Source: Octopus bimaculoides
Lineage: Eukaryota
Reading direction: 5' to 3'
Assembly: GCF_001194135.2 (NCBI RefSeq)
Contig: NC_068990.1
Span: 10,894,383 to 10,958,382, forward strand
DNA: 64,000 nt
Part shown: positions 11,941-23,913 of the stretch, in pieces
Position numbering within the stretch: the first letter of the stretch is position 1
Layout of the letters: each line of letters opens with the position of its first letter
The notes under the pieces: model-generated
What the model saw: only the letters and a program-made list of their open reading frames with translations
Told to the model about the DNA's origin: nothing
Databases searched by the model: none
Program-made: the position numbers and the translations under genes

Positions 11941-12291
11941 CTAGAATGCATTAATGGTCGTGTTTTGCCTGTGATATTAATATTGCACTTATCCATTTCA
12001 GTGGGTAGGCAGAAGCAACAGGGTAACGTTGAAAGTGCTTTGCAGTATTTTGCCTGTATCTCTTTACATTCTCAGCTCAAATTTCGTCCATTTTGGTTAA
12101 CTTTTCTGTCAAAGACCAATAATATAAGTACTGCTCAAGTATTTCGATTGATATAATTATCTGTACCCAAGAATCTCAATCTGTGGTCTTGAATCTATGC
12201 TCTCATTCGACGAAGCCTTTAATATATTCCCATCTGAAATGTGTGTGTGCGTGTGTGTGGGTGTGTGTGTGTGTGTGTGTGNNNNNNNNNN

Positions 12292-12330
<39 letters not shown>

Positions 12331-13298
12331 TGTGTGTGCAAGTGTTTAATGTATTGGAGTGGTGTGACATGAAGAAAATTTCCTGTAAGTGCATTGAAGT
12401 CAATTATATCGTATGAAATTACATAAAAAAGGACTAATTTTGAAGGAGACTTAACTTAAAATATATAGACCTGTCATGGAAAACTATACATAACAAACAG
12501 ATTTCGATTTGATTTCAGACACACAAATGACGTATTGATTTGTTGCAAAAATGATTGTAGGTCGGCTGTAATTTTTCGGATAAAGTTAAAATTAGAATCT
12601 GAGAAGCCATATAAATTAGAATAGACTATATAAAATGGTGGAAGCCCTGCAAGTAGATTATTAGTTATGAAAAGTTATATACATAAAGGAGGTTATTAAA
12701 AGTTGGAAGATGTTATATCGGTAAAAAGTCTCATCAAATGCTTGATACTCCTCAAATCATGTGCAATTTCGTAAAAACATAATAAAATAAAGAAAACTTC
12801 CCTGATGCTATATCAATCAAAATCAAATTTCGTTTTCCTATTCCAGACAGTGGCACGTTATGTTTAGATTCTGAAGATAGCCTCTGATCACACTGTCATA
12901 ATCATCTTAAATCTAATTTGTTTTCTTTTTAAGCTTATTTTCCACATTTAGATGTTATTTCTTTTCAATTTGCACTTCTGAAAATTTGAAGAGAAATCAA
13001 TCTGCCTTCGAGCAAAGTTCATGACCTGATTTCGCTTCTCGCTTTCAGTGATTCTACTTCTCCACCCCCATACACGTGTAAATGTTCTTTTTGAAAATTA
13101 AGGAAGGATTCTCGTCGACTGAATTACTAGTCACATATGAAAAAGGTCTGCTGCTTCTACCTAGCAGCTGTATAAAATGTATGATGCAAGTTAACTGTAT
13201 CCTATTCAGAAATACAATAAAATACATACGGGGAGTTTGAACAAAAAAACAAAACGAAAATTAAGAACTTATCTTTATATAGAATCTATCCCATTTCT

Positions 13299-13740
13299 CA
13301 AGATATAGCATCCTTCTAATATAACTTGTGCAATTACCAAGATAAATGTCTCTTCATAAAAAGACTGGAGAAACCTTATAAATAAGGTTAGTAAAACATG
13401 GACGTTTTCTATCATTTACTTCTTCCTTTATAACCAGATGTCGTCGATTAAATTTATTCTTCTCTCATATAACAATGTGTGGACAATTACCAAAATAATG
13501 CTTCCTTTTAACAAGATGAGGGCATTTACGAAGATATTGCTTCCATAATGATAAGGGAAGGGCAATTACCATGTTTCTAGTTTCTTGTTGACAAATTCGG
13601 TCAAGCACATGATATCAATTTCTTTTAGCAAGACAAGAACAATTTACCAAGATAAGGCATCCTCTTAGCAAGACAAGAACAATTACGATTCTATTGCATC
13701 TTTATAGCAAGATTTGAGGAATGTTATGTTTCTCTTTAAA
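13299..13740. repeat. Cryptic diverged 39-bp tandem array
   Basis: Units of 39-40 nt such as caagataaggcatcctcttagcaagacaagaacaattac and caaaataatgcttccttttaacaagatgagggcatttac; a less regular stretch lies at about 13380-13480. Confidence 0.7.
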
Positions 13741-14769
13741 GAAGACAATAGAATTGAAATCAGAAATAATATAGGTAAGATTGGTAGAGTTTGAAGGCTC
13801 TGATTAGTAAGAACAAAGCTTTAAGTAGTCGCTTAAAAATTATATACTTCTCTGTCTAATTTTCTAACAGAATGGACATGTTGCTGATGATTTGCCTTGG
13901 AATTAATCAGTTGAGAATCATGCAGTGTTTATAAACTGTTCGTGTACAAATGTAGGTCAGAAGGGTAGGGAACCATTGTAAGAAATACCTGCCAAAACCT
14001 TGACCACATCCATATATATGCCGTTCATAAAATAAGTACTATCTCGTAAACTGAATACAGGATGAATGCTTAGAAAGCAGACGATAAGACAATTCCTCTC
14101 CATGACTTGATTACAATGAATGAGATTGCCGTTTTTTTTTATATGCAAATGAGACATTTGTTCTTTTAATCATACCTTCTCTAATTTATTATTTACAAAC
14201 AACATATGCATAAATCAAAAGCGTGATTATTATATCATCCACTTGCATGGGCTACTTAATGATATATTATAATATATCTTTCTTTCATTTCTAGCCAAGT
14301 GTCTTTCTGACTCGGATGGCAAAAATCATCCCGATACCTAGGTCAAAAGATTTCCCGACACACAGGGCAAAGCAAAGGGCATCAAGTGAAACTCATCATC
14401 ATCATCATCATCATCATCATTATCATCATCATCATCATCATCATCATCATTATTATTATTGTTTTGGCACAGCTTCTAACACTGGAGATGTAATACCGTT
14501 TATGATCCATGTTGTTTTTATTATTATCGTTGTTGTTTTCATTTTATAAAATAGCGCTTTCACCTAGTCTTGTAGGGTTTTCGAATTTTGATTTCACCTT
14601 GAGCGGCTGTCTCTTTTTATAGTGTTATTGAATGTGTAGTGGTGGAGAGAGAGATATATAGGATAGTAAGAGAGGGCAAGACAAAAAAAAAGCATAAAAG
14701 AGACCTCGATATTATGTAAATAGAGGCATTTATCTGTCAATATAATATGTGACAATTATTCGGTAGCCA

Positions 14770-14832
14770 TGATAAAACTCCGAGTTTCGAATGTCGGAGC
14801 GGAAACCTACGCCGGTATCTCTTCAGTTATCA
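14770..14832 (-). ncRNA. Candidate type I hammerhead ribozyme, PLE-associated
   Basis: Stem I UGAUAA/UUAUCA, core CUGAAGA, long imperfect stem II closed by G-C, GAAA, stem III ACUC/GAGU, cleavage triplet GUU. Confidence 0.6.
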
Positions 14833-15589
14833 GACCATCGAAAAAATGCTATGAAATTGACCGTTAAGCAAAGGGAAATTACTGTGTGATTGACGTTTTT
14901 AAGACAAAAGAGCTATTAGAATGACCGCTAAGTAAAGGGTAGGTAGTAAACGTAAGGGAGTAAAAATGTTCATAGTAATTGTGTAAGCGCGCATGTCCAT
15001 AAAAACACATGCGCGCCCGCACACCCACGTACATGCGCCTATATGTATATACTCATCCACCCTCACTAGAAACACACACATGCTCACCCACACATTCACA
15101 AAAAAATATATACATACCCTCTTACATGCTCGCGCACACACTCGCTTATAAAATAGGTTCATACACACAACTTTATAAGCACATGCACCAGTAAAAGTAG
15201 GGCTAAAGGCAAAAATATTGAAAAATGTGTAAAAAAAAAAGCAATGAGAGTAAAACACGTCTATATATACGCACATGCTCACATGCACGCACACACACAC
15301 GTCTATATACGCACATAGCCGCACACACGCACACATCCATACGCGTGCACAAAAAATTCCATATACACGTCTATACACGTAGAGCAAAAATGCAAGGTGG
15401 AAGGTAGACTGCAGAAAAAATATGTGTAAAAAATATATGAGCAATAAAAGTATAAAACAATATCTCTATAAATATGTGAACAAAATATATAAAAAATATA
15501 TAAGAAATCTAAGTAAAAAGTATAGACAGATAAAAAGCTTGTAGGCGGACACAATATAGAAAGGAAGTGCTATCTGTAATCTAGCGGGG

Positions 15590-15893
15590 GACCTGAAACG
15601 TAACAAATATTTATCCACATATGGACATGATCCGAAAAATTCAGTTCTTGAATTTCGATACGTGACGGCGTCTAAGCTGCTTTTCCAGATGAGCCATCTT
15701 TCCATATTACACAGACCGCACTTTCCACTGCCGTTGGTGTAGCGCTTACACTTCGCTAAGATCCTCCAATAGATGTTGTAACTGACACTTTTATCTTTTA
15801 AGGACCGTATATCACTGGATAATTTGGTCACTTTCCTTTTTATCCCAGTGCTTGAGGCTCAAGGTGTAATTATTAAACCCGGCCTTGAAACGT
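15590..15893 (-). mobile_element. Penelope-like element, GIY-YIG endonuclease C-terminal remnant
   Basis: FKAGFNNYTLSLKHWDKKE (frameshift) TKLSSDIRSLKDKSVSYNIYWRILAKCKRYTNGSGKCGLCNMERWLIW..RNSRTEFFGSCPYVDKYLL follows the PLE pattern LSxxIWxLKD..WxIL..CxLC..LNxRxE..C. Confidence 0.85.
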
Positions 15894-16060
15894 NNNNNNN
15901 NNNNNNNNNNNNNNNNNNNNNNNNNNNNNNNNNNNNNNNNNNNNNNNNNNNNNNNNNNNNNNNNNNNNNNNNNNNNNNNNNNNNNNNNNNNNNNNNNNNN
16001 NNNNNNNNNNNNNNNNNNNNNNNNNNNNNNNNNNNNTATATATACATATATTAACCTATG

Positions 16061-16133
<73 letters not shown>

Positions 16134-16991
16134 GTGTGTGTATACACGCACGCATAAACACACGCATATGTATACGTACATACGTGCAAACATATGCATC
16201 TAGTTTGAAAGACTATCCTGCTTTAATTTAACTCATTGTGAGAGTAAAATTCTCTGCTCTCATTTACCGACAGCGACTAGGAATGTGGTCGATGATCGAC
16301 TTCTGAACTGTTAAAATCTCGAATTTTTGAAAGTCAGAATCTTTGGAATCATATTGTCCAATGAATCGATTTTGAAAACAATACGCTGTACTTTGAGAGA
16401 GACGTCGCTGTTATTTCTAGCGGTTCGAATTACTCCATTCATTACCGATTTATATGGAAATTTACTGACAATATCGAAGGATCTCTTTGCTCATCCCATC
16501 AACAGCATGAAACTAAGTTATGTTAATGCGCTCTCGTAACAACTAAAAATGTCATTGCGCCCTTGATAACAAAGATAGCTACTCATGTAAAAAAAAAAAA
16601 ATCTTGTTAAAAGCCATTCCAAGATATCAGGTAATTGTACCCTTCCTTATAAACTTCCATTTCATTTATTTACTTATTTTTGTGTATTTCGTTGTCAGAA
16701 AAATATTTAGAAAATAGCAATAATCATTGTAAAATTTCCTTTTCAACCGTAAATGTTAACTAATTATAAAACATTTAAAATATTATTATTAACATTTAGC
16801 GCAGAGCTTTAATTTATAAAAGCGAGATTTGAAATATTTTTCTTTCGTTCTGATTTTTGTCAATGATTCGCACACAAAGACACGCTCACACAGACATACA
16901 GACCACAAACGCACATGAATTTGACATATTCTGCGTTGATTAGTTCTGAAAAGAATTTGATTTTCTCTCTCTCTATCTATCTCCCTCTCCC

Positions 16992-17025
<34 letters not shown>

Positions 17026-17745
17026 GAATAATGAAAATTTCGATAGGAAATGTTTTTCAAATTTACTGTAGTTCACACAAACATTATTACCTTTAATAAC
17101 AGTAGCTATTAAGAAGAAAGAGGAAGAAATTTATTTAAACAAGGCTAATGGTGGAAGCTTTGTCAAAATAGGCAGTTTTCAGATAGCCTACAAAAATTAG
17201 AGTTGAAGCAAACATAGATTTTTAAANNNNNNNNNNNNNNNNNNNNNNNNNNNNNNNNNNNNNNNNNNNNNNNNNNNNNNNNNNNNNNNNNNNNNNNNNN
17301 NNNNNNNNNNNNNNNNNNNNNNNNNNNNNNNNNNNNNNNNNNNNNNNNNNNNNNNNNNNNNNNNNNNNNNNNNNNNNNNNNNNNNNNNNNNNNNNNNNNN
17401 NNNNNNNNNNNNNNNNNNNNNNNNNNNNNNNNNNNNNNNNNNNNNNNNNNNNNNNNNNNNNNNNNNNNNNNNNNNNNNNNNNNNNNNNNNNNNNNNNNNN
17501 NNNNNNNNNNNNNNNNNNNNNNNNNNNNNNNNNNNNNNNNNNNNNNNNNNNNNNNNNNNNNNNNNNNNNNNNNNNNNNNNNNNNNNNNNNNNNNNNNNNN
17601 NNNNNNNNNNNNNNNNNNNNNNNNNNNNNNNNNNNNNNNNNNNNNNNNNNNNNNNNNNNNNNNNNNNNNNNNNNNNNNNNNNNNNNNNNNNNNNNNNATC
17701 GTAGCAGACAAATATCGCAGGCGAAAACTATTTATTCAAAGAAGC

Positions 17746-18181
17746 GGATCCTTTCCTTTTGGCCGGCACATAGAAAAAAATAATTTTTTGTAACTAAACA
17801 TTTTCAAATTTCGTACACTAGTAGAATATATCATTTAAACATCATTTATGCTTGGCGTTTTTAAGAAAATTCTTTATTTTCGAAGTTATTTCGTGTTAAA
17901 GTTGTCGTATTTCCGTAATTTCAACCAATCAATGACGTCTATTGAGGTGAAAACAATTACTGCTGTAGTTTGTCAAGAAGACGTTCTGGTGGTGTAAATT
18001 TACTTTGTCACTGGTATTTCTGATATATTTACATTTGAGATACACGTGTATATAATTTAATCAATTCAGTTATTAGTTATTTAAAAAAAAAATTTCAGTT
18101 TATTTTGTTTGTGGAAGTATTTTCGTTTGGTTTTAGCGTTTTATTATTTTTTTCTATGTTCCGGCCAAAAGGAAAAGATCC
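17746..18181. mobile_element. MITE, 436 bp, with 39-bp TIRs and 8-bp TSD
   Basis: TIR GGATC(C/T)TTTCCTTTTGGCCGG(C/A)ACATAGAAAAAAATAAT with 2 mismatches; AAAGAAGC at 17738-17745 and 18182-18189. Confidence 0.9.
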
Positions 18182-18825
18182 AAAGAAGCTTCATTATGTA
18201 CAGTATGCTCAGTAGAAAAGTTATAATATTGCCTCTATGATGAGGAAGAGAAACTCACTTCTACCTAGTCGCTGGTACGTCGAGAAATTCCTGCCCACTC
18301 TTCTTTATATCAAATTGGTTTACTTAAAGAACACATTAGGTACATTATCAGCAGGTTAGATTCAGGTTATAGTAACTATTAAAGAACATCTACTCAACCA
18401 CTTGACTCAGTGGAGATAGCACTGAAATTTTCAATAAACAAAACTTCATAACCTGAATTTCTTTAAATTGAAAGCATTAGTCAATGCAAACTTGGATGTA
18501 CAAGGAAATGGAGTGGGGTTACAGCGGGAATGACACTACGCAAAATAAATGTTAATTGACACTAACGTGCATGTATCATTCAGATTTATGATGAGGAACT
18601 GACATTTGTCTTTTAGATGGACTAAGGAAATTAAACCCTGTCAGCAAATTTTAGAAGGTCTGTAAAAGGGAGATAATTTCCTTAATTTTGAAAATCTTCA
18701 ACGTTACATTTTCCTATTTACAGTAATATTGTTTTTTGTTACAAGCCAATACGATAACTACAAACGGAAAGTGATCCGCGAAAGAAGTCTAATATGCGCG
18801 AAAGATCCGCGAAAGAAGTCTAATA

Positions 18826-18949
18826 ATAGGCGCAGGCGTGGTTTATATATAATTCAGGCATGGCTTATATAGGGGCAGGCGTGGCTTATATTGCCGCAGG
18901 CGTGGCTTATATAGGCGCAGGCGTGGCTTATATTGCCGCAGGCGTGGCT
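18826..18949. repeat. 21-bp minisatellite (ataggcgcaggcgtggcttat), about 6 units
   Basis: Seen directly; preceded by a 31-bp-period duplication of gatccgcgaaagaagtctaata at 18773-18825. Confidence 0.9.
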
Positions 18950-19219
18950 GTGTAGGTCCCTCTAACCTTGGTTTTATCTTCGTGGTTGGTATCATCTTCC
19001 TTGATACTTCTGAATCAGTTTTGTGCAGCGCGTACTTTGACAGATTTTGGACTTTCGACAATATGCATTTCTTTTGCCACTAACGTCACACTCAGTTATT
19101 TTATGCTAGTGGATAAAACGACTTTGATAGCAATTTTCACAGTTAATGGCTTAAATTGAAATTGTTTGACTACGTATCAAACAAGACAACAAAAGAAAAA
19201 AAGAAACGATTTCTTATCA

Positions 19220-20745
19220 CAACTCTGAACCAGCATCTATTGACTCATACAATCCGAAAATGATATCCATTTATTACCACCAGGTCAAGATTTTAAGATA
19301 CGGGATCCATAAAATTCTAAAGAAAAACGAGTAAAATTCTTAAAGTTTCCTGAGATAAACGACATCATTGTTCACAATCGATTTCCAATGAATTTGTGTT
19401 TGGATGATTTTCTTGAGTGCTGGACCCTGGGAAAATCACGACCAAGTTCCAACGATAGTCTCATGTGCAAGTCCCAACATTCTTAGTACCTCTATCTCCA
19501 GATGGAAACGTTCTCCCTGCTCGTCAATTGTGTTACCAAGATTTTCAAGTAACTTATCAAAGTGTTTGTGAAAACAGTGCAGCTCATATTTGCTCACTAC
19601 TTTTGAAAATGTCGTCGATATTTCGGTATATTTGGTTGTTTTCATGTTACCCAGAAAGTAATTTACAACTCGTATTACAAAAGAATTCCATGCAGTTCCT
19701 TTAACGCTTTTCGTTGAATTTACTAAATTCTCATTTTCCATTGATTTTCTGATCTGAGGCACACGCAATGCTGCAGCTGTTATCTTTTCACTCCTCAGAT
19801 TAGGAAATGTGTTGCAGATATAGTGAAAGAATGATCCATCTTTATCCAGAGCTTTAACAAACTGCTTCATAATGGCAAGTTCGATATGGAGTGGAGGTAA
19901 GCTGATTATCCCCGTTTGAATTAAAGGCTCTGCATCCACATTAAGATACCCTTGAATTAATGTTCGCTGCGGTCATTCTCAGATCAAACAATGTTTTACC
20001 TTGGCTTTGCTGTCCCACAAACATAAACTGTATGGGCATTTCGTCTATCGATTTTGTTACCTTACCCAAGGAGAAAATTGACCATCACCAGTCCGTATAT
20101 ATCATCCAATGATAATTGTAGTACTTAATTTTCTGTAGCGTTGCTTGCAAAACCTCATTTTCTATTTAGCGGAGTGAACAACTGGAAAAGAGGCTAATAA
20201 ATTCTCATTAAGAAACAGAACACATTTCAATTAAAATGCACAAACCAATTGCATCATATTCCGCTAATCACATCATCTGAAATAGTCCCTCAATCTTAGT
20301 GCAATACACTAAACCGATCATTTTCTTGGAAGAACGGAAAAACTTCAGCATCCCTAGTACGATAGAAGGTGACATTGCTTCCTTTTTAAAGAAGGCTTTT
20401 TTAACTTTTAATCAAGGCGCGACAGCTTCTGCGCATTCTTTGCTAAGTGTTAGTCTCTTACCAAACCACCGAATTCAATTTGATCAAACAGCTATGGGTC
20501 TGATGAACTAGTGCCTAAGTAATCCAGATCATCGCTGGTTTCCTTTGGCTCTGGTTATACTTCCTGGTCAATAAGCTGACGAAGTTTTGTAGCAAATTTT
20601 ACAGGTAAACGATGCATCTATTTTTTTTTTTTTTATGAGGCGATTTACGAAAATTAGGGTATTTAGTTATTCTAATATCTAGGCGTCATCGTAAAAGCGA
20701 ATTATATTTTTGGATACAGCGTATCAAAAAACATTGTCCTGACAA
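19220..20745 (-). mobile_element. Decayed Chapaev/CMC-type DNA transposon
   Basis: ORF 19436-19939 contains LPPLHIELAIMKQFVKALDKDG..PQIRK..FLGN..DEQGERFHLEIEV. An upstream DQIEFGGLVRD*HLAKNAQKLSRL segment lies near 20400-20500. The two ends are weakly similar inverted sequences. Family assignment is from recalled motifs. Confidence 0.75.
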
Positions 20746-20761
20746 TAAAATACCCATTGGA

Positions 20762-21000
20762 AGGTGGTGAGCTGGCAGAAACGTTCTGAGTTCAAGGGGA
20801 GCTGGCAGAAACTTTAGCACGCCGGGCGAAATGCTTTGTGGTATTTCGTCTGCCGCTGCGTTCTGAGTTCAAATTCCGCCGAGGTCGACTTTGCCGAAGT
20901 CCACTTTGCCCTACATCCTATCGGAGTCGATATAATAGTACTAGTAATCGATTAGTTCCCCACCTCGACATTTCAGGCCTTGTGCCTATAGTAGAAAGGA
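20762..21000 (+). mobile_element. tRNA-derived SINE (family A) with duplicated 5' head
   Basis: gagctggcagaaac occurs twice (about 20768 and 20799); B-box-like gagttcaaattcc; tail caggccttgtgcctatagtagaaagg followed by (TAA)n. Confidence 0.88.
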
Positions 21001-21039
21001 TTATAATAATAATAATATCATTATAATAATAATATCATT

Positions 21040-21041
21040 AC

Positions 21042-21075
<34 letters not shown>

Positions 21076-21398
21076 GAGTGAGAGAGCAGTGCATGTCATC
21101 AAAGTGACACTGGGGTAAAATATACGAAGACCAATATACCCGTCTAATAAGGGTACACCAGACACATGCATCACACCATATGTGCGCAACATGATGTTCT
21201 CATATCAACATAAACGGCGCATGACCTCGCAGGTGGGGCCCAGTTAGAATTTTTTTCAGGTCGAGTAGCCCATCCCGCTCAAAAGGTCCCTGAATAAGGT
21301 TTCTTTAAGGATGTTGAATAAAATACCCATGTTTCCAAAGGTGAATTATTCAAACCCCAAGGAATTCCTTTCAACACACGACTATGACGCTCCCCCAC

Positions 21399-21400
<2 letters not shown>
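21040..21400 (-). mobile_element. 3' part of a retroposon (SINE or LINE 3' UTR) with (AAT)n tail
   Basis: Higher-GC block bounded by microsatellites, ending ...ctctctcactcaataataat on the minus strand. Recognised as a recurrent octopus repeat from memory only. Confidence 0.55.
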
Positions 21401-21458
<58 letters not shown>

Positions 21459-21491
21459 CATTATTATTATTATCATTATTATTATTATTAT

Positions 21492-21536
<45 letters not shown>

Positions 21537-21574
21537 CAGTAGCAGTAGTAGTAGTAGTAGTAGTAGTAGTAGTT

Positions 21575-21633
<59 letters not shown>
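21400..21633. repeat. (ATT)n-(AGT)n compound microsatellite
   Basis: Seen directly. Confidence 0.97.
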
Positions 21634-21634
<1 letters not shown>

Positions 21635-22023
21635 CGAAATCGGTGAACTGACAAAAACGTTACAACGCTGGACTAACTATTTGGCGGTATTTCGCCCGTC
21701 GCTGCGTTTTGAGCTCAACTCCTGCTAAGGTCTATTTTGTCTTTCATCCTTTCAAGGTCGATAAATTAAGTACCAGTGATACACTGGGGCCAATGTTATC
21801 GACTAGTCACTTCCCTCAAAATTTCAGGATTATTTTTGTTACTATTAAGATAGCCGGCAGGAGAGAATGGCTTACACACCGGACAAAATGTGCAGGGTTA
21901 TTTCGTCCAGCTCTTTACAATCTGATGTAAAATTCCGCTGTGGTCGACATTGCCTCTCATCCTTTATCCATCTATGATACAATACCAGTTTCGCTCTGTA
22001 ATTGATGTAATAGAATTTCACCT

Positions 22024-22143
22024 CCCCATATTTTTACGACTATTATTTTAACTATGTTAGAATACTTAAATTGTGACAGGAATCCCCATATTTTTATGAC
22101 TATAATTTTAACTATGTTAGAATGCTTAAATTGTGACAGGAAT
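22024..22143. repeat. 60-bp tandem duplication
   Basis: ccccatattttta(c/t)gactat..ttaaattgtgacaggaat occurs twice with about 3 mismatches. Confidence 0.92.
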
Positions 22144-23858
22144 TGTATATTTCATCTATTTCGCGACCCTGAATTTAAGAGATGCTACTTTTGTAAATAC
22201 GTCAATATAGACAGGATATTGAACTGGAATTTCTTGTATTAATCGTAGAAGGATGGACGCTGGCTTCAGACAAACTTTGAGAGCAATGTTTTCAGTCTAC
22301 AATGCCTAACAGCAATGTTTTCAGTTTACAATGCCTAACACTCCATCATTATGGTAATAATAAGCGCTTTTTTTTATTGTAGTAATAACAGCAATATGTT
22401 AACGATTATTATTAAAGAATATTATAAATATCATCAAAATACAAAGCATTAATTTTATTGGAAAACACGATTCTTAATTCATGCCACATCAACAATTTGT
22501 TGATTTCTGAGAAAAGCTTAATTTAGTATTAATCTGGATTGTGAATTATGATACAGATTTTATTTTATTATGTTTCTTTGATTACTGCCTTGCTTGTTAA
22601 CATTTTCAGATGCTAATCTGGATTCTAGAGAAAATAAATGAAAACGAGGAAGAAATGAAAGCAAAAAGATTGAAAAACGAAATAGAAAGAGATTAAAATG
22701 AATTTCAAAAAATACGAGATAAGAAAAGAAAAAATGGAATTACAAAATAAATAAAGCAACAGAAATGCAGTGAATGGAAGAAGAAAATATAAAAATATAA
22801 AGAGGAATTGCAAAAAATAATACCCTTCAACAGAGCGAAAAATATCAAAATGTTGAAGTAGAAAAACTTGCTAACAAGGGAGTAAATGAAAACGAAGAAA
22901 TCATATACTGTATAAGAAAATAAAGGTCTAATAGTGGAAAGTCAATATTTGTTGGTGACTGAGGTAAAAAAAAAAATTGTGAGTGGGAGATTAGTAAATT
23001 AAATCGATTACAGTACTTGACTAGTACGCTATTTTGTCGAATCCAAAGTAATAAAAAGAATTGTTTACGTAACCGAATCTTAAATCAGATGTTAAAACTG
23101 TAATGAGGTACCGCAAGGCATTTTGTACAGTGATCTAATAATTTTGTCAAGCGACCGCGCTTTTAATTTTATACTGAAGAAAAAACAAAGTGCCAATACA
23201 GTGTCTCTGAGAATAGCATGCTAGAGAGACGATGTTATCCTATGTTTGTGGCATGAGGGATTTCATTAAAGCCATCTAGGGTTCTCTAGATAGAAGTATT
23301 AAGCCTAGAAGGCAAAATACAAATACTACAACATATCAGCTCCGATGTCCTGGTCGTTTTGCCAATACACTATCCTTGTTTTTGTACATTTTATCGAACC
23401 CGAATGGCAGGAAGGCAACCCTCGCCTGGACAGGATTCGAACTCAGTATCCATAGGAGTGTAGGTAAAAATCGCAACGCTTGAAGGATTCTGCGAATTCG
23501 TCAACTGAAACAACTAAGGTTTATTTATAGTTTAGGCACGTATATACACATGTATACATATGTGTAGATGTATATATATATAGATGTACATGTAATATGT
23601 ACACATATATACATATATACACTCATACAGATATCTATACATATATACACCCATCACACACACATACACATGCACACAAACACACACATTAGTCATTTGT
23701 TTTCTTATCCAAAACTACGTCAAGAGTACTGAATGGATCTTTATGAAATTTGGAAATTATATTCTTTGCATAACGGCCATAACTCCCATGAAAATTCATA
23801 CATTTTTGATGTTGATGAAATTTTAACCCGAACATAACAGATGAGCATTATTTAGAAA

Positions 23859-23913
23859 ATGATGTCACACGTTATCGAGGCTACCATTCTTTCTAGATGT
23901 GCACAAGGGGATG
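23859..23913 (+). mobile_element. Helitron helicase fragment
   Basis: MMSHVIEATILSRCAQGD matches the PIF1-type Helitron segment MPHVIEATILTGCxxGEDV; truncated by an N gap. Confidence 0.7.

Noticed and set aside
11588-11944. Poly-I, poly-M and poly-D ORFs that look like membrane or acidic proteins
   Set aside because: Translations of a degenerate (ATC)n array, with no supported splice or homology context.
16270-16560. Overlapping open frames on both strands, one faintly LRR-like (DLYGNLLTISKDLFAH)
   Set aside because: Only a partial LRR pattern, no usable splice sites in the open frames, and stops nearby.
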